Below are positions 47,976 to 58,222 of a stretch of 64,000 bases of DNA, piece by piece. The translations under genes and the position numbers were made by a program. Origin of the DNA: Deltaproteobacteria bacterium (lineage in GTDB: Bacteria; Desulfobacterota; Desulfomonilia; UBA1062); assembly GCA_029547045.1 (NCBI GenBank), contig JAKPQL010000083.1, positions 3,425 through 67,424 of the forward strand, read 5' to 3'. Each line of letters begins with the position of its first letter. Positions within the stretch are counted from its first letter, which is position 1. The notes under the pieces are model-generated. The model was not told the origin of the DNA, made no database searches, and saw only the letters and a program-made list of their open reading frames with translations.

Positions 47976-48833
47976 TCACCCTTTGCCGCGGAGCTGCACC
48001 ATGCCCGCCAGCGTCCTGACGAGCTCCTCCATCTCGCAGGGTGCGCCGCCGATGGCCACACCCTCCTGCCTGAGCCAGTGCTGCACTCGCATCACCAGCG
48101 GCGCCTCTATAGCATGGCTCTCCAGCAGATCGATGCGCTGCAGGAGGTCCTCCTTCTGTACGTCGAGCACCTTTTCCCCCCGGGCAATGCCCACGATGCG
48201 GTGGGCAAGGGCGAGGAAGTCCTCCTGGTTATGGGTGACGATGATCACCGTCGTCTCCTCCAGCGAGGCGATGATGCGCATGAGCTCCCGCCTTCCCGCG
48301 GCATCCAGCCCTGCGGTGGGCTCGTCCAGCATGAGAACCTGGGGCCGGATCATGAGGGCCGATGCCAGGGCGAGTTTGCGCTTCTCGCCCGAGCTCAGGG
48401 AAAAGGGGGAACACGCCTTCAGCCTGCCCACATCCAGACCGAAGCCCCGGGTGACGTCATGCGCCCTCCGCTCCAGTTCCGGCTCGTCGGGGCTGAAGAA
48501 GTTCCTCAGGGCAAAGACGAGCTCGTCATAGGCCCTCTCCTGGAAGAACTGCTCCTCCGGGAACTGGAAGAGCACTCCCATCCGCCTCCGCACCGAGGGC
48601 AGCTCTTTACGCCGGGCCAGGGTGTGCACGCTGATCCCGTCGTAGAAGATCTCGCCTTTCGTGGGGAGGATCAGTGCGTCCAGGAGCTGGAGCATGGTGG
48701 TTTTCCCGGAACCGGCAGGACCGGCCACCACGACCTTCTCTCCCTGCTCGATCTTCAGATCGATCCCCGATAGCGCCCACTCGTCGCCCGGCATGTCGTA
48801 CTGGTAGGAGACATCGACGAATTCTATGACCAT
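47976..48833 (-). CDS. ECF transporter ATPase (EcfA2-like), no adjacent T/S component
   Basis: GPAGSGKTT, FQFPEEQFF, SPFSLSSGEKRK, LDEPTAGLD. Confidence 0.8.
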   Translation of the reverse strand: MVIEFVDVSYQYDMPGDEWALSGIDLKIEQGEKVVVAGPAGSGKTTMLQLLDALILPTKGEIFYDGISVHTLARRKELPSVRRRMGVLFQFPEEQFFQERAYDELVFALRNFFSPDEPELERRAHDVTRGFGLDVGRLKACSPFSLSSGEKRKLALASALMIRPQVLMLDEPTAGLDAAGRRELMRIIASLEETTVIIVTHNQEDFLALAHRIVGIARGEKVLDVQKEDLLQRIDLLESHAIEAPLVMRVQHWLRQEGVAIGGAPCEMEELVRTLAGMVQLRGKG

Positions 48834-50569
48834 CTCGCCCTGAGCGCCTCCTTCACATGGTCGGCGTCCAGTGCGTTCAGGCATGCACCGGGCTCCACCA
48901 GCCCCTTCCTGGCCATGACAATGCCGTAGCGCATGCAATCGAGGCCTGCTGCCGTGTGGGCATCCGGCGTGATGACGATGCGCCCTCCCCTCTCGACGAA
49001 TCCCGGAACGAGCCGCCAGTCGATGTCGAGCCGCATGGGGTGTGCGTTCAGTTCCACGGCCACTCCGCACCGGGCGGCCTCCTCCAGGATTGCCTCCATG
49101 TCCAGGGCATAGGGTCTCCGAGACAGGAGTAGCCTGCCCGTGGGATGGCCGATGACCGAGGTGCACGGGTTGCGGATGGCCTTGATGATCCGCTCGGTCA
49201 TGGCAGGCCCTTCCATGTTCATGTGAGAGTGGATGCTGGCGAAGACGAAGTCCAGGCCCTTGAGCACGGTTTCGCCGTAATCCAGGGACCCGTCTGGCAG
49301 GATCTCGGACTCTATGCCGCTCAGGATGGCGATGTCCGGAAACCGGTCGTTCAGCCGCGCGATCTCTTCCTGCTGCCGCCTGAGGTCCTTCACGCTCAGG
49401 CCTCCCGCATAGTACGCGGATCGGCTGTGGTCCGAGATGCCGACCCACTCATAGCCGCGGTCCCTGGCGGCCTGCACCATGTCCGCAAGGGGGGTACGGC
49501 CATCGCTCATGGTGGTGTGGATGTGGAGCACGCCCCGGATATCGTCGGCACTGATGAGCCTCTGCACCCGGCCTGAAGCGGCACGGTCCCATTCGATACC
49601 CCTTCCCTCCCTGATCTCGGGGGGGAGCAGGGGCATGCCCAGCAGCGCGTAGATCTCCGCCTCGTCGGAGACCATGACCGTGCGGGAGTCCCTGAGGACC
49701 GCACCGGGGGTCACCTCCACCCCGCATGCCCTGCCCCGGGCGCTGACCTGTTCCAGGTGCCCGCCCGACCCGGTGGTGACGAAGAGCGCCGGTATCAGAG
49801 ATTCCGGGGGTTCCACCCGGATCGTGACCGGCGGCCTGTCCGGATGGGTGAGCGCGTATTCCCGCCCGTTCCGGACCCACCGGACACCCTGGATGCCGTC
49901 CAGGCAGGTGGGGATGATGTCGTACGTATCCCGGTCTTCCCTGCAGAGCAGCTCCACGCGGTCCATGACCTCCATGCCCCTGCGGCAGACTCCGGTGGGA
50001 ACGGCCTCGAGCCCCGCGTTCCGGAGACTCGTGATCATGGTATCCATCCAGCCCCATGCGGCATCCATGAGGAACCACCCCCGGTACCCGAGAACGTCAA
50101 GGGCCGCCTGCCTCAGCCTCGCAATGCCCTTTTCCGTGAACCCCTTCACCGGGGCGAGCCGGCCCTCCTCGATGGCCGCGAGGAGGTCTTCGATCCCCGA
50201 AATGCCCAGGTCCCTGTGGAGCATCCGCAGCTTCCTCGTGCCCAGGCCGGGCACCTTGAGCAGCTCGGCATGGCCGTGGGGAAGCCGCGCGCGGAGATCT
50301 GACAGCAGGGAGAAGTCACCCTCGAGCACCCAGGCCTTCAGGGCCGCGCCGATGGAGGGCCCGATGTCCCTGACATGGTTGATCTCCCCGCTCTCCACGA
50401 GTTCTCTCACCGGTTCACGGAGGTCCGCCACGGCGTGTGCGGCCTTCCGGTATGCCCTGGCCCTGAAGGGATTCTCGTCGAGGAAATCCAGGGCCTCGGC
50501 CACCTCGAGGAGGGCTTCTGCGAGGGCTGCGTTATCCAAGGAGCTCTCCTTGCAGGGTGCTTCCGTCAT
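48824..50569 (-). CDS. polX: PolX-PHP protein with substituted polymerase triad
   Basis: ENPFRARAY, HhH VPGLG, TGS, PPEIRE. PHP motifs HIHT, SDH, IES, SIH, GHP, DAH. Confidence 0.9.
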   Translation of the reverse strand: MTEAPCKESSLDNAALAEALLEVAEALDFLDENPFRARAYRKAAHAVADLREPVRELVESGEINHVRDIGPSIGAALKAWVLEGDFSLLSDLRARLPHGHAELLKVPGLGTRKLRMLHRDLGISGIEDLLAAIEEGRLAPVKGFTEKGIARLRQAALDVLGYRGWFLMDAAWGWMDTMITSLRNAGLEAVPTGVCRRGMEVMDRVELLCREDRDTYDIIPTCLDGIQGVRWVRNGREYALTHPDRPPVTIRVEPPESLIPALFVTTGSGGHLEQVSARGRACGVEVTPGAVLRDSRTVMVSDEAEIYALLGMPLLPPEIREGRGIEWDRAASGRVQRLISADDIRGVLHIHTTMSDGRTPLADMVQAARDRGYEWVGISDHSRSAYYAGGLSVKDLRRQQEEIARLNDRFPDIAILSGIESEILPDGSLDYGETVLKGLDFVFASIHSHMNMEGPAMTERIIKAIRNPCTSVIGHPTGRLLLSRRPYALDMEAILEEAARCGVAVELNAHPMRLDIDWRLVPGFVERGGRIVITPDAHTAAGLDCMRYGIVMARKGLVEPGACLNALDADHVKEALRARWS

Positions 50570-51737
50570 GACCCACGAGACGGACCTTCACCAGGGAACC
50601 GGGCGCCGCATCACCCCGGGTGGTGACGGTGAGGTAGTTGGACGAGATGCCAGAAAAGCCCCCGCAGCGTGAGCCGGTGACCAGGACCTCTTCTACGGAA
50701 CCGATACGGGATGCGGCGAATTCCCGGCGTTTACTCCTCGAGAGTTCCCGGAGGAAGGACGACCGCTGCCTCACGGCGCCGCTCCCCGGCCTGTCCTGCA
50801 GTGAGGCCGCGACGGTGCCGGGTCGAGGCGAGAAGGTGAAGACGTGCAGGTAGGTGATGTCCATGCCTTCGATGAGGGCGTAGGATTCCTCGAAGGCACG
50901 CTCGTCTTCTCCGGGGAACCCCACGATGACGTCGGCGCCGATGGCCATCGAAGGCGACGTATCCCTGATCCGTGCCACGAGCGACCGGACCGCCTCCGCC
51001 GTGTACGGCCTGCCCATGGCCCTCAGCACGCGGTCGCTGCCGTGCTGCAGGGGGAGGTGCAGGTGAGCGCAGACTCTGGGTTCGTGGGCCGCCATGTCGA
51101 TGAGGCAGTCCTCCACGGTCCACGGCTCCATGGAACTGACGCGGACCCTCGATATGGCGGTGTGGCCCAGTATCTTCTGGATGAGGCGGGTGAGGCCGCC
51201 TCTGTACAGGCCGATATTGATGCCCGTGAGTACCACCTCGTGGTACCCCCCGGCGACCAGGGTCCGGACCTCCGTGACGACGTCCTGCCAGGGCCTGCTC
51301 ACCGGAGCGCCCCGGGCCATGGGGACGATGCAGTAGGTGCAGTACCGGTCGCAGCCCTGCTGGACCTTGACAAAGGCCCTGTTCTGGGATCCGAATTCCG
51401 AGATGAACCGGGGAAGGTCGATGTCGAGGACCTCTGACAGGTTCTCCGGTCTGACCACCTCCACCTCCCGGGAGACCTTCCGGATGTCGTCGGGGTAGAC
51501 CCCTGCCTGGCATCCCGTCACGATCACCCGGCCTCCCGACCCCAGGGCCCTGCGGATGAGCCTGCGGCCATCGGCATCGGCCTTGTGGGTGACGGTGCAG
51601 GTGTTGATGATGTACACATCCGCCCCCGGCTCGGAAAAAGGCTGCTCGCAGTGGCCGGCATGGAGAAGCCCCTGGCGGATGCGCTGGCCCTCGTAGTGGT
51701 TGACCTTGCATCCCAGGGTGACGATGGCGAACCTCAT
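50532..51737 (-). CDS. mtaB: tRNA t6A37 methylthiotransferase MtaB
   Basis: TLGCKVN, INTCTVT, KVQQGCDRYCTYC, LHVFTFSPRPGT. Confidence 0.88.
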   Translation of the reverse strand: MRFAIVTLGCKVNHYEGQRIRQGLLHAGHCEQPFSEPGADVYIINTCTVTHKADADGRRLIRRALGSGGRVIVTGCQAGVYPDDIRKVSREVEVVRPENLSEVLDIDLPRFISEFGSQNRAFVKVQQGCDRYCTYCIVPMARGAPVSRPWQDVVTEVRTLVAGGYHEVVLTGINIGLYRGGLTRLIQKILGHTAISRVRVSSMEPWTVEDCLIDMAAHEPRVCAHLHLPLQHGSDRVLRAMGRPYTAEAVRSLVARIRDTSPSMAIGADVIVGFPGEDERAFEESYALIEGMDITYLHVFTFSPRPGTVAASLQDRPGSGAVRQRSSFLRELSRSKRREFAASRIGSVEEVLVTGSRCGGFSGISSNYLTVTTRGDAAPGSLVKVRLVGHDGSTLQGELLG

Positions 51738-51773
51738 ATTTTCAGGGGGAATACTATGGCGCTCCGGGCAGTG

Positions 51774-52370
51774 TCAATCGCCGGTATTCCCCGGCTTCTT
51801 CGCAGTCTTCCGCAGGACCTTCCTGGCCTCCTGCATGAATTCCTCAGGGGGGTTCATGAGCTTTACCCCGGTCTCCACGCGTCCGGCCTCGTCCGGTATG
51901 GACCACATGGCCTTGCCCCGCGCCTTCTTCCCGTCGAGGACGACCCTCACCTCGTGGTCGATGGAAACCTTCTCGGAGGTCTCCAGCAGCAGCCCGGTGT
52001 CGTCCACATTGAGAAGGCCCCCGTCCTCGGGACCCGACCCCACATCGTAGACCACGGGCGCATGGACGCGGTGGCGCCTGAGCTTCATCTGCCGCTTGAT
52101 GGCATCACGGTTCCCCATGCTCCTGAGCTGTGAATCCATGTTGTTCGTGGCATTGAAATACCGTATCCGCTGCTCCAGCTTCGCCACCCTGGAGAGGTCC
52201 TTGAGCAGGGCCTTCCTGTTCCGTTCCAGGGTCTCCACGAGGTGCGTGAAGGCCGCCTCGAACTCCCGGTTGCCCCGGTTGGCCAGGTAGGTGTTGATCA
52301 TGGAGGGGAGTTTCTTCTTGATGAGCGCCTCGAAATCCTTCAGTGCCCGCTCGAACTCTTCCCTGTTCAT
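51774..52370 (-). CDS. Hypothetical protein with C-terminal PilZ-like domain
   Basis: Helical N-terminus, then LRRHRV...LNVDDTGLLL...GKAMW...GVKL. Confidence 0.55.
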   Translation of the reverse strand: MNREEFERALKDFEALIKKKLPSMINTYLANRGNREFEAAFTHLVETLERNRKALLKDLSRVAKLEQRIRYFNATNNMDSQLRSMGNRDAIKRQMKLRRHRVHAPVVYDVGSGPEDGGLLNVDDTGLLLETSEKVSIDHEVRVVLDGKKARGKAMWSIPDEAGRVETGVKLMNPPEEFMQEARKVLRKTAKKPGNTGD

Positions 52371-52530
52371 GCCCTGAGCATACCGAAAAGGAGGTGCAAA
52401 TGCAAACGTCACGATGGTTACGGGGGGCAGGGACAGAGGGTCTGGAACATGCCCGTTCACCGGGAGAGATGATGGGGAACACGAGAGTATTTCTTTACGG
52501 ATCCTTGACACATCATGTATGGTGGGTTCC

Positions 52531-53964
52531 ATGGATACGTTGAAGATTTTACTGTGTTCTTCGGAGGTGACACCCTTTGCCAAGACCGGCGGCCTGGCCG
52601 ATGTGAGCGCCGCCCTGCCGGCCCAGCTCAACCGTCAGGGACTGAACTGTTCCGTTGTCATGCCCCTGTACCGCGAGGTCAGGAACATGGACCTCCCGCT
52701 GAAACCCTGCACCGAGGTGGCGGTGGTCACGGGTGCAGGGATTTCCGAGGCCCGTATCTTCTCCTACAAGACCATGTACTTCATCTCCCACCCCCTCTTC
52801 TCGGACCGCACAGGCCTGTACTCCTACGCGGGACAGGACTACCCGGACAACCTCGAACGCTTCGCCTTCTTCTCCAGGGCCTGCGTGGAGCTGATCCGCT
52901 TCCTAGGGGATATCCAGGTCGTGCACTGCAACGACTGGCAGACGGCCCTGGTGCTGCCCTACCTGAAGGATGCGGGCCTCGACCACGTGGCAAGCCTGTT
53001 CACCATCCACAACCTCGCCTACCAGGGCATCTTCGACGCCATCCTCTGGTCCATGCTCTTCCTGCCCCACGAGTTCTTCCATCCCGACTGCATGGAGTTC
53101 TTCGGCAGGATCAACGTCATGAAGGCAGGCATCGTGTTCTCGGACGCGGTGAACACCGTCAGCCCCACCTATGCCCGCGAGATCCAGACCGGCGAGTTCG
53201 GCAGCGGCCTGGACGGCCTTCTGCGAGCCGTTTCACACAAGCTCTCCGGCATCACCAACGGCATCGACGATGTCATCTGGGACCCGGCCACGGACCCCCT
53301 CATCGCCAGGAACTATTCGCGCCACGACATGACGGGCAAGCAGGACTGCAAGCGCGCGCTTCTGGAGGAGTTCTCCCTCCCCAGAGACGATGGACCGGTC
53401 TTCGGACTCATCAGCCGCCTGGTGGAGCAGAAGGGGATCGACTGCGTGCTGGATGCCGTGCCGGCCATGGCCGGCATGGGCGCCAGGATCGTGGTGCTGG
53501 GCAACGGCAACCCGGTCTTTGAGCGCCGCCTAAAAGACCTCCGGCAGGAGCTGCCCGGCCACGTGGGCATCCACATCGGGTTCGATGAGGCGAAGGCCCA
53601 TGCCATCGAGGCCGGGGCCGACTTCTTCCTCATGCCGTCGAGGTTCGAGCCCTGCGGGCTGAACCAGATGATCTCCATGCGCTACGGGACCATCCCCATC
53701 GTCACCGGGGTCGGCGGGCTGCGGGACACGGTCAGAGCCCTGGGCGAGGGAGAGAGGCCGTACGGGCTCCGCGTGGCATCCCCGAACACCCCTTGTCTCC
53801 TGGACACCGTCACGCAGGCCTGCCGGCTCTCCCATGACGACCCGGGTCTCCTCCTCGCCATGCGGCTCACCGCCATGGAGCAGGATGTGAGCTGGGATAC
53901 GCCCGCGCGCCAGTACGCCCACATCTACCGCAATTGCAAAATTTTGAAAGAAAGAACAAGATAA
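52531..53964 (+). CDS. glgA: Glycogen synthase
   Basis: KTGGLADV, HCNDWQT, TIHNLAYQG, SRLVEQKG, PSRFEPCGLNQ. Confidence 0.95.
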   Translation: MDTLKILLCSSEVTPFAKTGGLADVSAALPAQLNRQGLNCSVVMPLYREVRNMDLPLKPCTEVAVVTGAGISEARIFSYKTMYFISHPLFSDRTGLYSYAGQDYPDNLERFAFFSRACVELIRFLGDIQVVHCNDWQTALVLPYLKDAGLDHVASLFTIHNLAYQGIFDAILWSMLFLPHEFFHPDCMEFFGRINVMKAGIVFSDAVNTVSPTYAREIQTGEFGSGLDGLLRAVSHKLSGITNGIDDVIWDPATDPLIARNYSRHDMTGKQDCKRALLEEFSLPRDDGPVFGLISRLVEQKGIDCVLDAVPAMAGMGARIVVLGNGNPVFERRLKDLRQELPGHVGIHIGFDEAKAHAIEAGADFFLMPSRFEPCGLNQMISMRYGTIPIVTGVGGLRDTVRALGEGERPYGLRVASPNTPCLLDTVTQACRLSHDDPGLLLAMRLTAMEQDVSWDTPARQYAHIYRNCKILKERTR

Positions 53965-53978
53965 TCACAGCTCGCAGG

Positions 53979-54229
53979 TTTTCTACATTTTGTCGATAAC
54001 CCGAACGGAACGTGCCCGGACCGGGCTCCTGAACGCACCCTTCCGGAAGCTCTCATGGGCGCATTTTCTTGTACAGCATATTGTTATTATTGATTATTTA
54101 TGACTTCACACAAAATTCACACAGCCCACCGATAACCGGTGCCTATTACCGTTGACCTTTTGCAATGCCCGCATCATTATGGCGCTCGTTGCTTCTGAAG
54201 TTTCTCTCTCTGGGGGGTTTTGTGGATCA
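53979..54229. promoter_or_regulatory. DnaA-box-like sites, AT-rich tract and promoter upstream of dnaA homologue
   Basis: TTTTCTACA (53979), TGTCGATAA (53991) and TGTGGATCA (54221), each one mismatch from TTWTNCACA or its complement. TTCACACA x2, AT-rich tract at about 54079-54102, TTGACC-N17-CATTAT at 54152. Confidence 0.45.
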
Positions 54230-55568
54230 TTTTGCAATCATTAAGAAATCTATACTCTCACAGTCACACGCGGCTTCAGACAGGGCGCTCCTGGATCAGC
54301 TCGAGATCAGCGAGGACGGCGGCACCGTGTTCGTCCGGTGTCCCAACGTGTTCGCCCAGAAATTCCTGATCCGCACGTACCGGGACCTCATCATCTCATC
54401 CATCAGGACACAGCTCGGAGAAGGGGTGGACGTGGAGTTCTGCGCCGCACGGGGCGAGCACGCCCAGGAGCGGGGTCCGGCGCCGACAGGGGACAGGGCC
54501 GTCCAGATGAGCCTGCCCTCAACGGCGCAGGAGTCTTCCTGGTCGGGCCTGAATGCACACTTCACCTTCGACGAGTTCGTGGTGGGCAGGTGCAATGCCT
54601 TTGCCTATGAGGCGGCCCAGGCGGTCTCCCAGGGGGACATGACCAGGTACAACCCCCTGTACTTCTACTCGGACATCGGCCTCGGCAAGAGCCATATCGC
54701 CCACGCCATAGGCAACAAGGTCCTCTCGAGCCGGAGCGGCATCAATGTCCGGTACACCACGGCCAGGGACTTCACCCACGACTATGTCCACTCGGTGCGG
54801 AACAACTGCCTGAGCTCGTTCAAGAGCTCGTACCGGAGCGCCAAGGTGGACGTGTTCTTCATCGATGACGTCCACCTCTTCAAGAACAAGGAAAAGACCC
54901 AGGTGGAGCTGTGCCATGTGCTGGACGACCTGATCAGCGCGGGCAAGCAGGTGATCCTGTCGGGATTCAGACCCCCCACCTCCATCCCGCAGATCGACAA
55001 GGGGTTGCGGTCACGGCTGTCGGCCGGGCTCGTCATCGACATCAAACGCCCGGACAAGGCGACCCGCGCCAGGATCGTGCGTCACAAGGCGAACAAGAGC
55101 GGTGTCACCATGCCCGAGCCGGTGGTGGAGTTCATCAGCGATACGGTGCACACCAGCATCCGCGACCTGGAGAGCGCCGTGATGACGCTTGCCGCCATGA
55201 GTTCCCTCATGAAGAAGACCATCACCATGGAACTCGCCCAGGAGCTGCTGGAAGGGACCCTGGAGAGGCAGCAGCGGATCACCATCCCCTACATCATCGA
55301 TTTCATCTCCAAGAACTTTTCCATCCCCAGGGAAAAACTCGTCTCGCCTTCCCGCAAGAAGGACGTCGCGTATCCCCGCCAGGTGGCCATCTTCCTGTGC
55401 AGGCGCTACACCGAGGAGCCGCTCCAGATCATCGGCCAGGCCTTCAGCAGGAAACACTCGTCCATCATCCATTCCCTGGAGACCATCGACACCCAGTACA
55501 GCCAGAACCTGAAGGTGAAGCGGGAGATCGACTTCCTCATGGAAAAGCTCGACAGCGAGAGGTCCTAG
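54222..55568 (+). CDS. dnaA: Chromosomal replication initiator DnaA homologue (divergent, probable paralogue)
   Basis: FTFDEFVVG..N.FA, YNPLY, GLGKSH, IDD, IRDLE, domain IV PRQVAIFLCR...IGQAF.RKHSSIIHS. Confidence 0.85.
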   Translation: MDHFAIIKKSILSQSHAASDRALLDQLEISEDGGTVFVRCPNVFAQKFLIRTYRDLIISSIRTQLGEGVDVEFCAARGEHAQERGPAPTGDRAVQMSLPSTAQESSWSGLNAHFTFDEFVVGRCNAFAYEAAQAVSQGDMTRYNPLYFYSDIGLGKSHIAHAIGNKVLSSRSGINVRYTTARDFTHDYVHSVRNNCLSSFKSSYRSAKVDVFFIDDVHLFKNKEKTQVELCHVLDDLISAGKQVILSGFRPPTSIPQIDKGLRSRLSAGLVIDIKRPDKATRARIVRHKANKSGVTMPEPVVEFISDTVHTSIRDLESAVMTLAAMSSLMKKTITMELAQELLEGTLERQQRITIPYIIDFISKNFSIPREKLVSPSRKKDVAYPRQVAIFLCRRYTEEPLQIIGQAFSRKHSSIIHSLETIDTQYSQNLKVKREIDFLMEKLDSERS

Positions 55569-55604
55569 CGAACCAGGGTGATTCCCGGAGCAGGGGATGG
55601 CAGG

Positions 55605-56852
55605 TCACAGACCGGCCGCCTCCCTGCTCAGGTCGCGGAAGGTGTCCACGCCGGTGAAGAACTCGCGCATCATGACGACCCAGTAATAACGCCCGCGGCG
55701 GGTGAGTCCGATCCGCGATCCGTTGAACCGCAGCGCCCCGATGAGGGAGAAGAACAAGAGTTCCACCCCGAGCAGCGCCCAGACGGGACGGCCGAAGCGC
55801 CTGCGGAAGTCCGCCGTGTCGAGCCTGAGTCCGAATAGATTCATGAGGAGGTTGTACCTGGCCAGATCCCTGGTGGAGAAGGCCTTCCTGTGCTTCACGG
55901 GAAGCACCCCCGCCTGAAGGGTTTGCATATACTCGGCCAGGGAGAAGGTGTTGGCATGGATCGCCCCTCCCACGAACCCGAAGGCCCCGCTGCCTGCACC
56001 CACGTATTCCTCGCCGCCCACCACGTATTCGTCGATCATGCCTGCACCACCCCGGGAAAAGCACCAGGCCGAGTTCGGACGATACGCGGTCTCGAGCTCC
56101 CGGGCGATGAGGTCATGGTAGAGCCGTTCCGTGCGGGGGCTGACCCGGCCCATGATCCGTTCCATGTGTGACCGGGTGGCCCGGGACACCATGAGTGGGT
56201 AGAAGGTGATCTGGTCCGGAAGGATGGAAAGGAGGGTCTGCAGGTCGTGCTCCAGCATCGCCGTATCCTGGAGGGGGAAGTTGTAGATCATGTCCACGTT
56301 CAGGGTCTCCACCGCACCCAGGACATCCCTTATCCTGCGTTCCAGGGTGGATGCGCTCCCATATTTGTCGTACCTTCCGATGGCCTTCAGTATCGTATCC
56401 GAAAAGCTCTGAACGCCCACCGAGACACGCCTCACCCCGGAGGCGGCCAGTGACGCCAGCGTGGGCCTGTCCAAACGGTCAGGATTCGTCTCCACGGATA
56501 TCTCGGCAGGGCTGAAGAGCCTGCCCACGAGTTCGAGGGTGGAGAGCAGCTCGTCCATCATGATGGTGGGTGTGCCGCCGCCCATGTACACGGATGAGAA
56601 CCTGAACCCCCTGCCCGCATAGATCTGCAGTTCCTTTCTCAGTGCCAGGAAGTAGTCCCTGACGGCGCGCTCTTCAAAGGGATACCGGTGGAACGAACAG
56701 TAGGGACACAGCTGCATGCAGAAAGGGACGTGGATGTAGAGGTGGATGGGGTATGCCGGCGGATTCGGCGCCCTCGCCGGTGCACCCTCCTCAAAGGCGA
56801 AGCACGCCTGGGAACCACGCCCCACGAACCAGGTGATGAACCGTTCGATCAC
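55605..56852 (-). CDS. HemN-like radical SAM protein (coproporphyrinogen III oxidase family)
   Basis: LYIHVPFCMQLCPYCSF, YMGGGTPT, RVSVGVQSF. GTG start inferred. Confidence 0.85.
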   Translation of the reverse strand: MIERFITWFVGRGSQACFAFEEGAPARAPNPPAYPIHLYIHVPFCMQLCPYCSFHRYPFEERAVRDYFLALRKELQIYAGRGFRFSSVYMGGGTPTIMMDELLSTLELVGRLFSPAEISVETNPDRLDRPTLASLAASGVRRVSVGVQSFSDTILKAIGRYDKYGSASTLERRIRDVLGAVETLNVDMIYNFPLQDTAMLEHDLQTLLSILPDQITFYPLMVSRATRSHMERIMGRVSPRTERLYHDLIARELETAYRPNSAWCFSRGGAGMIDEYVVGGEEYVGAGSGAFGFVGGAIHANTFSLAEYMQTLQAGVLPVKHRKAFSTRDLARYNLLMNLFGLRLDTADFRRRFGRPVWALLGVELLFFSLIGALRFNGSRIGLTRRGRYYWVVMMREFFTGVDTFRDLSREAAGL

Positions 56853-56860
56853 GACGCTGC

Positions 56861-57079
56861 CTACCGGAGGAACCTGAACAGTGCAAGTACCAGGCTGAGG
56901 ATGCAGCTGAGCACAAGGGATGTGGTGATGGGGAAGAAGAACCTGGTGCCGTGACGTTCGATCATGATGTCTCCGGGGAGCCTGCCGAGCCAGGAGATGC
57001 CTCCTCCCATGGAGAAGAAGATGCCAAGCGCCAGCATGATGATCCCTGCGGCGACGAGCGCATGTCCGAGCTGTCTCAT
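56861..57079 (-). CDS. DUF2905 family small membrane protein
   Basis: WLGRLPGDI...FFFPITTSLVLS. Confidence 0.85.
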   Translation of the reverse strand: MRQLGHALVAAGIIMLALGIFFSMGGGISWLGRLPGDIMIERHGTRFFFPITTSLVLSCILSLVLALFRFLR

Positions 57080-57327
57080 GGTATGAGCCTATATACCACA
57101 TCCTCCCCCCGGGCAAGTCGGCTCTGGGTCCCTGGCTCTCCTTCTCCAGGCCGTCCTTGCCCGGTGGTTTTTTTCATGATAGTCCAAACCATCATGGAGC
57201 GGCCGAGAAGGTCAAGGGGTATGCGCCCATGCACCGTATCATCGAGTGCACCTGCGGCTCCCCCCGCCATTTGTGGCGCCCTGCCGATCCGGCGCCCTGG
57301 ACGACATCGATCCGAGGCGGGCATACC

Positions 57328-57981
57328 ATGATCCCGGTGCGGGACACGAGCGTCGCCAGGGGGTTCGCCCCCCTCACCGCAGCGCTCATCCTGTGCAACC
57401 TCGCCATGTTTATCCAGGAGATTCGCCTCGGGGAGCAGATCTTCCACATGTTCAGCGCCAGCCCCGCCGACCTGAGCGGCTACCTCATCCGCGGGACTCC
57501 GGGCTTCTTCGGCATCCATGGATCCATCGTGGCCTCGGGATTCATCCATACCGGGTACGTCCACCTCATCGGGAACTTGATCTTCCTGTCCGTCTTCGGC
57601 CCGCCCGTGGAGAAGACCATGGGCCGGCTTCGCTTTGCGCTCTTCTACCTGGCGGCGCTGTGCATATCCTTCTATGTCCATGCAGTCATCAACCCACTCT
57701 CGTCAATACCTGTTGTCGGCGCATCAGGAGCCATCGCGGCCATCATGGGGGCATACCTGATCCTGAACCCCACGGGGCGAATCCTGACGATCATACCCTT
57801 GATCCTCATGCTGGAGGTCATCGAGGTGCCATCTCTCATCTTCGTCCTGATCTGGTTTACGCTCCAGGGGATTCAGGGCTTCATGAGTGTGCACACGAAC
57901 AGCCCGGTGGCATGGTTCTCCCACATCGGGGGCTTTCTCATGGGCCTGATCTCGGGGATCCAGTTCCGAATGTCCCGATAG
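57328..57981 (+). CDS. Rhomboid-family intramembrane serine protease
   Basis: MIPVRD, FIH...HLIGN, VGASGAI, AWFSHIGG. Confidence 0.9.
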   Translation: MIPVRDTSVARGFAPLTAALILCNLAMFIQEIRLGEQIFHMFSASPADLSGYLIRGTPGFFGIHGSIVASGFIHTGYVHLIGNLIFLSVFGPPVEKTMGRLRFALFYLAALCISFYVHAVINPLSSIPVVGASGAIAAIMGAYLILNPTGRILTIIPLILMLEVIEVPSLIFVLIWFTLQGIQGFMSVHTNSPVAWFSHIGGFLMGLISGIQFRMSR

Positions 57982-58222
57982 CTTCACCCCGGAAGGACCG
58001 CACAAAAGGGCTGACGTTCTCCATCCTTGCGCCCCGGGGGAGGGGATGCGGCGTTACCACACCGTAATGCCGCGCATGTATCTTTTCATGCCCTTGACAA
58101 CGGCTGTTACCAAATTGATATTTCTCTAAAGATTCACTTTCGCCTTCCCGATAGAGAGGCTATGCATAGGGAAGAATTGATTTTTAATGCGATTCCAATA
58201 TGTTTAAGGTATAGAGAAGACA

